DNA of 52,004 nt from Vitrella brassicaformis CCMP3155 (taxonomy: Eukaryota; Protista; Chromerida): NCBI GenBank assembly GCA_001179505.1, contig CDMY01000556.1, forward strand, positions 1 to 52,004, given 5' to 3'. Of the stretch, positions 46,349 to 52,004 are shown piece by piece. The notes beneath the pieces were generated by a model. That model searched no databases, was not told the origin of the DNA, and was given only the letters and a program-made list of their open reading frames with translations. The stretch's first letter is position 1; each line of letters starts with the position of its first letter. A program made the translations under genes and the position numbers.

Positions 46349-49194
46349 TCACCACGCCACTTTGGAGAGTTTGGTTGAGTTCAAGAAGCGCTTCCACTGT
46401 GCTGGCTCGCCCCAGATGTCAGCGGTGAGCGGCCACAGCAGAGGCAAAGCTTTCTCGTCAATGGTGCCGCTCAAATCGATGTACTTGAACCCTGCAGACA
46501 GTCAGACAGACAGAAAGACAGACAGACAGACAGACCGAGATATGTATGCAAAGCCTGTCCATGTCTCACCTCCAGCGATCTTGTCCCAGTCTTCAAGCGT
46601 CCTGAGGGGTTTCCCGTGGAGCGTCCCACGACGCCAGTCCAGCCCAGTGGCCTCCGCGACTGTCTTGCTGGCCCTGGCCGTGTCGACTGCATCCGCAACC
46701 ATCTCCGAAAGACTGCGCTTGTAAGTTGAGAAAGGGTCAAGATTCTTGTCCGGCTTCAGGTAGGGAAACAGATATCCGAACACCTTCTCCCTCAGCTTGA
46801 GGACGCCGTTCGTGTCCCGCTTGGCGCTCTCGGCTGTGAAGCGCACATTGGCCTGAGCGTCTCCTTCCCCAGTCATGCTTCTGTCGTTGCAATTCGCACT
46901 GCCCACATGCGCATATCTGCAAACAAAGACAAAGAGAGAGACGACAGACAGACGGCAATCGAGACGCACCAATCCCCAATTACAGCCATACCTGTCGTCG
47001 ACGAGGAGCATTTTGCTGTGGACGTATGTGGTATAGGCGACGGTCCCTGCACTGCCAGAAGGCAGGTTGGCCACCCTGCCGTGGAAATAGACTGAGAAGT
47101 ATTTCTTCAGTGGCTCATGGATGTTGTTCTCGCTCCTATAGCGTTCAAGGCAAGGTACGAGGCCGCATTCGCCGAACAAAGACATGAGCACCGCGTAGAG
47201 GGCCATTGTTGGTTGCGGCTGCCGGGTCAGTCATATATATACATAGAAGAGGCGTGCACACGGATCATATTTCCATTGTGTGTGTGTTTTTTTCTTTTTT
47301 TGTGGTATGGATGCTGTACTTCATACCCCGATTGGCACGGATAGCACAAAGGAGAAATCCTCATTATCTCTCATGGCATTGGTGACGCGAGCGAAGATGG
47401 CGGCCGGCACCTTGTTTTTCGGATGGAACTGAACAGAGAGACAGACAGACGGCAATGGAGACGCACCAATCCCCCAAGTACAGTACCTTGGGGTCTTTGG
47501 AGTTTTTAGCGCATCTTATGTAGCTTGTCGGGAGTCCAACGTAAAACTGTGTTTCGAGGTAGACGTAGCGCTCTGCTTCGCGAATCAATCTGTCGTAATC
47601 GTCCTGCGCAGACGCAAGACAGGCCCATGAGCATGCTCGACTCTCTTTCTCCCGCTCCCCTCACCATGATGCTGGTGACGGTGACAGATTCAGGCGTTTT
47701 CAAAAAATATCTCGTTCCCGAGAGCAGGACTTGGCACGTTCCGTTGAAACCTCTGTGTTTCTGCAGGTGCGGCGTAAAGTCAACGTCCGGCGCGGTATAG
47801 TTCCAGGGCGGCATGTATTCTTCCTCGCACATTTCTCCCATGTCTTGCTCAATTCGGCATCGACGACCTTCCGGAAGAAGCCCATCACTCGGCTCCTCCA
47901 ATTCTTTCTTTGTTCATTGTAGATTTTACACCCTTCTTGCCATCTGCAGAAGCCACAGAAGGGCCAACAAATCGCTTTCTGTCCGACATCAGAGGTCGTC
48001 CTTATCGGGTTTGCCTGCCTGTGGACGTGAATGCAGGCAATGTCTTCAGCCGCCTGGTCCGTCACACGACTGTGAACGTCAAGCCCCACAGCACAAAGAT
48101 CCATCCATACACTCAAAGAGATGGTGGGTAGGTGCCAACCACCACTAGCAGGACCTGTCAATGTCTTGCCAAGGCTTCTGCAGCTCGCCTGCGTGCACAT
48201 ATGCGTGAAGTGCACTGTCTGTCTGTCTGTCTGTCTTTCTTTCTTTCTTTGCTCGATGCTCGCTCACGCTACCTTGCTTGCTTGAAGCGTATCTTGAAGG
48301 ATTGTTTTGTTGGTGCTGCGGCGAGTCCATGCGCCCCGGGCCGATGTCTATGCCACCGATGAAGGCCACACGGCGGTTGATAATAAGGCTGGACACATGT
48401 ACATAGATGGGAATAGCTTTGCTGCCCGCTGAAGAAGGCTATATCAACCTTTTCATGTGATTCGAGTTGGCCATCTCTGAAGAGCCCCTCTCTGTGCCAA
48501 CGTCCAGGAACACTCGCACGCCCATTTTGTCAAGCTCTTTGGCCTGCTGGTTGACATTCCATTTGCTGTGCGTGGCGGCATCAGCTACGAACGTGGCTGA
48601 AGAAATACACACTCCCGTCTGTCTCTCTCTGTCTTGTCCGTTCTCTTATCTACCCAGCTCACCCAAGTTCTGCCAGAATGTGACATAGACGTTTGCTTTT
48701 CGCTTGATCAGCTTCTCAAACAGCTCCGACAGCGGCGGATTGTCGTCTCTCTCCTGTGCGCCCAAGAGCCTCGTGTGAACGTCCATTTTGTATCCTATCG
48801 GTATCAGTCAAACCAGTCATGCCCGCTTTCCGTCGTGTGTCAACACTCACTACCTGTGAAGATGATTTCGCTGCCTTCCGCCAGCTTCGGATCCGTGAGC
48901 ATCTTGTAGAGCTGTTGTTACACATGTCTTGTTTGTGCAGAGGAGCGAGTCCGTGGTTACCTGTTCGTAGTAGCCAAGATGCCCCTTGTCAAAGGAATTC
49001 GAGCACACAATCGGGTGGAAAGTGCACTCTCTCTCAGGGAAGGTGCCGTCCCATTCTGCACCGGCCGTTCCGGCTTGATGGGCATGTACCGCGCCGTCGC
49101 TTTGCAATGCGGAAGTGTTGGAGGGACGGATGACGAACTGCAAGGAGAAGGCCGGCGACGAGATGGCGGCGGACAGAAGACAGAGGAGCTTCAT
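46349..49194 (-). CDS. Phospholipase D (two HKD-type motifs) with N-terminal signal peptide
   Basis: MKLLCLLSAAISSPAFS; GYKMDVHTRL..LSELFEKLIKRKANVYVTFW; spliced [77 protein letters not shown]; stop at 46349-46351. Confidence 0.9.
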
Positions 49195-49322
49195 TGAGGC
49201 AAAGGCCGACCAAAGACGAGGAGGATGGGTGGATGAATGAGACGCCGAATCGGAATCATGGCATGGTGCGTCCCTTACACGAGAAGAGCCCTAAGCCCTG
49301 AAGCTCCGGCGGATCCGTCCCG

Positions 49323-49796
49323 ATGGCAGCTCTACGGCCCTTTACTCGCCTTCCACTCCCGTCATCATGCCCGCATCTTCCCTCATCGCATCCCCCCGCT
49401 ACGTCATTACCCTGCCTTCGAGATGACCGCCGCTATGAGAGGCACTGGGCGCGTCGGAAGAAGATCACGCCCTTCAAGCGCATGCCCAACATCGCCCCTC
49501 GTCGCGAGGACTTCCGCGTGGCCCAGGCGGCCGGTGGCTACTTCCACCTGCAGGCGCCCTGGCCGCCGCACATCAACAAGACGTGTGAGCCATTCCCGCC
49601 CGCACACAGGAACCGCTTCACCCTCAACCGCAAATACCCTTTGAGGTGGCGCAATGTGGAGTATCTGTATGAGCCGAGGCAGCTGCCCAGGCCGCGGACT
49701 GACGGCATATGGGGCGGCGAGATAATCCGGATTGTGCACCCCCCGAAGAAGACCAAGGAAGAGCGGGTCAAGGAGAGGGCGATGAAGACCAGATGA
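49323..49796 (+). CDS. Single-exon basic hypothetical protein (157 aa), putative mitochondrial presequence
   Basis: Clean ORF with gene-like codon use. N-terminus MAALRPFTRLPLPSS is Arg/Ser-rich and acid-free. The body is rich in R/K/aromatics. Confidence 0.65.
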   Translation: MAALRPFTRLPLPSSCPHLPSSHPPATSLPCLRDDRRYERHWARRKKITPFKRMPNIAPRREDFRVAQAAGGYFHLQAPWPPHINKTCEPFPPAHRNRFTLNRKYPLRWRNVEYLYEPRQLPRPRTDGIWGGEIIRIVHPPKKTKEERVKERAMKTR

Positions 49797-50551
49797 ACAA
49801 ATGAGAGCCTTAGGTGGCGGGCGAAGTGCAGAAGGCGGCATTGCGGCTGTCCTTTTGGGGCGGTGCAGACGTAGATGACAGGAGGGAGGAGGGGGAAGGG
49901 AGAGAGGGAGATGGGTGCGGGTTGTATATGGCAACCAAGACTGGACTATGTGTGCCTGATTGAGAGTGATGACTTTTGTGGCTTCGCGAGTGGGACAGCG
50001 ATGGACGTGACATGAATTTGTCGCACCATTTCGGTTATCGAATGTGTCCCGAGCCATCCATTCACACATTCATTCACACTCTCACATAGTCGCTTTGAGT
50101 CACAGGCAGGCAGCACGATTGCAGAGAGCAAACCAACACCCGATGTAAAATGTAGGCAGGGATGACTGAAAGGGCCGTCTCCTGCAAGGCGGGCGTGAGA
50201 ACCGGAACAGGCGTGAGGCTGCACGCACAAAGCCCATTCACACCACGGGCACAATAATACCTCACACACGATATGCCCACCTGAATGCCGTAGCCACTCA
50301 CCATGCTTGACAATTGGGTTTGTGCAACAAAAAAAAAATCGATCTGTTCCTCATCGTCTGCATTTGTGCTGTATGTGTCTGTCTGACATGTGTCATGCCT
50401 ACAAGTGATACGAGCTTTGTGATGCATTGTAGTACTGTGTGCCTGCTTGCAATTCACACACACACACACACACACACACAGACAGAGAGAGAGAGAGAGA
50501 GAGAGGTCTGCCTGTCCAGAACTCAGCTGCCGTGGGTCAGCAGTCAATAGG

Positions 50552-51421
50552 TCAAAGATGCTGAAAACCTGATCCGATATCGATTGTCGCACGCACACAG
50601 GCCCTCAGGTGGTGTTTCATGACGTCTCGCCCCCCCTGGGCCGCTCTCTGTTGCTGCAGACAGACAGACAGACAGACAGACAGGCACACGTAGGAACATG
50701 TAACTCCCTCACCCACTGCGAGTGTGTATGTCTTTCTGTTTACCTGCGATATCGTAGTGGCCCTTCCTCCTCATCGTCACCAGCCGGGGGACGTGGCACG
50801 AGGTTCGGCGAACAGACACCACAAAACAAGAGACAACCACATAACAACACAACAGACAGCACACACACTCGTACTCACCCACAGCCAGCCAGCCAGCCTT
50901 TTTCATGTTCAAAGTGGAGTGCGTTTCGTTATGTGTGGGTGTGTGTAATGGTATCAAGACAGATTCAGAAAGTGTGTCTTCCACGCAACGCAGGGCACGT
51001 GTGTCGGACAGAGAGAGGGCAAACGAATTGCGGAGCACGGACCCACGGGTATCGATACCGAGATGTCTTCTCTGTAGACAAGAAAAAAAGGAGGACAGCT
51101 AGGCATTAGATGGCCCTATCTGTATGTCAAATGGCCATCAATCAAAGGATAGCACATTATATATCCACTGAGAGCACAAATGAATGTCAAGCATGACTGA
51201 CCAGTGATGAACAGCCTCCCATGTCCCGACCAGACAGACCATGCACGATGAACACGGACACAGACGCAAACACAAACACAAAGACAGAGATAGAGTATTC
51301 TACACCTGTCTTGTGTTTGTGTTTTCTTCCTCGATGCCTCACATACCCTGTCGCTTGGGTCCTTGAGTCTGCGGTATCTGGACGGGCCCTGCTCTTCGTC
51401 CATGTCGTCGTCCATTTCCAT
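50552..51421 (-). CDS. Small multi-exon hypothetical protein (structure uncertain)
   Basis: Start-like MEMDDDMDEEQGPSRYRRLKDPSDR followed by a gtatgt donor. Later exon-like pieces VSVRRTSCHVPRLVTMRRKGHYDIA and ESGPGGRDVMKHHLRACV...QHL*. Middle exons unresolved. Confidence 0.35.
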
Positions 51422-51674
51422 CCTCAGAGGATGCGCAGGGGCGGCGGAGCACGCCGAGGGAGGGGATGGTCCGCGCTCTGCGGCTGAGTAGGTGAGGGGG
51501 CCACAGAGGCCCGGGGCGGGGTCGCTGCATTCAGCGCAAGAGTTGCATCAAGGTGGCAGCTGCGCGGCCCGGCCGGGCCGTCTTGGTCATGGTGTCATTG
51601 CAGGCAGTTGTGCGCAGAAAAAATGCTTCGGCGCGAGAAGGTGGTTGGCCTTCTCACTACAAGCGGTACATTGC

Positions 51675-52004
51675 CAGAAAACTGACCGAGGGGGGTGGGA
51701 AACTGTGTTCTGTGCGGAAAACCGGGGCCCCATGCGGAAAACTGAGCCAGGGGCCCGGAAAACTGGTGATCTGCAGTGGAAAACTGACCACCTGCTTGGA
51801 AAACTGGCACTCCCATGTGGAAAACTGAGGCCCTGAGTGGAAAACTGGCCACCTGCACTGGAAAACTGGTGATCTGCAGTGGAAAACTGGTACTCCCACG
51901 TGGAAAACTGGTTTTCTGCCGCCTGTACCCAGTTTTCCATTGCCTGATGCCAGTTTTCCACTGTCTCTACCCAGTTTTCCAGTCTCTCTACCCAGTTTTC
52001 CATT
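51675..52004. repeat. 20-21-bp period array with GGAAAACTG core, switching to the inverted orientation (CAGTTTTCC) at ~51908
   Basis: Forward cores at ~51675, 51696, 51715, 51735, 51756, 51777, 51797, 51818, 51838, 51859, 51880, 51901. Reverse cores at ~51908 (degenerate), 51929, 51950, 51971, 51992. The array runs off the window end. Confidence 0.92.

Noticed and set aside
51587-52003. ORF with (ENW/QFST)n heptad repeats
   Set aside because: It is a by-product of the 21-bp DNA period; the peptide motif switches exactly where the DNA array inverts.
51675-52004. CRISPR-like repeat/spacer appearance
   Set aside because: Cores are ~10 bp and spacers ~11 bp, far too short. Spacers are related to each other, no cas genes are present, and the context is eukaryotic.

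Overview
Eukaryotic, intron-rich, GC-rich genomic DNA with GT-AG introns full of (CA)n/(GACA)n/(CATC)n microsatellites. The intron style and gene families point to a chromerid alveolate, most likely Vitrella brassicaformis (inference). Left of a 300-N gap (11616-11915) lie three minus-strand members of lineage-expanded families: a leucine-rich/F-box-like hypothetical, a multi-TM hypothetical and an ankyrin protein. Each appears broken by homopolymer-type frameshifts. Right of the gap, the highlight is an intact 15-exon gene (12099-18541, about 1752 aa by my exon join). It fuses signal peptide + animal-type heme peroxidase-like domain + heme-binding DOMON + cytochrome b561 + cytochrome b5 + FAD/NAD(P)H reductase, which looks like a self-contained trans-membrane electron wire and a convergent analogue of DUOX. 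Next come a 13-kb polycystin-1-like REJ/GPS receptor, a SpoU/TrmH methyltransferase lacking the catalytic Arg, a KIF6-like kinesin-9, and a PAM2/SAM-like/RGG Q-rich protein. They are followed by SNAPC4, a secreted phospholipase D, a small basic putative mitochondrial protein, and a helically phased 21-bp repeat array that inverts its orientation at the window end. Exon boundaries were traced by eye and no database searches were run.
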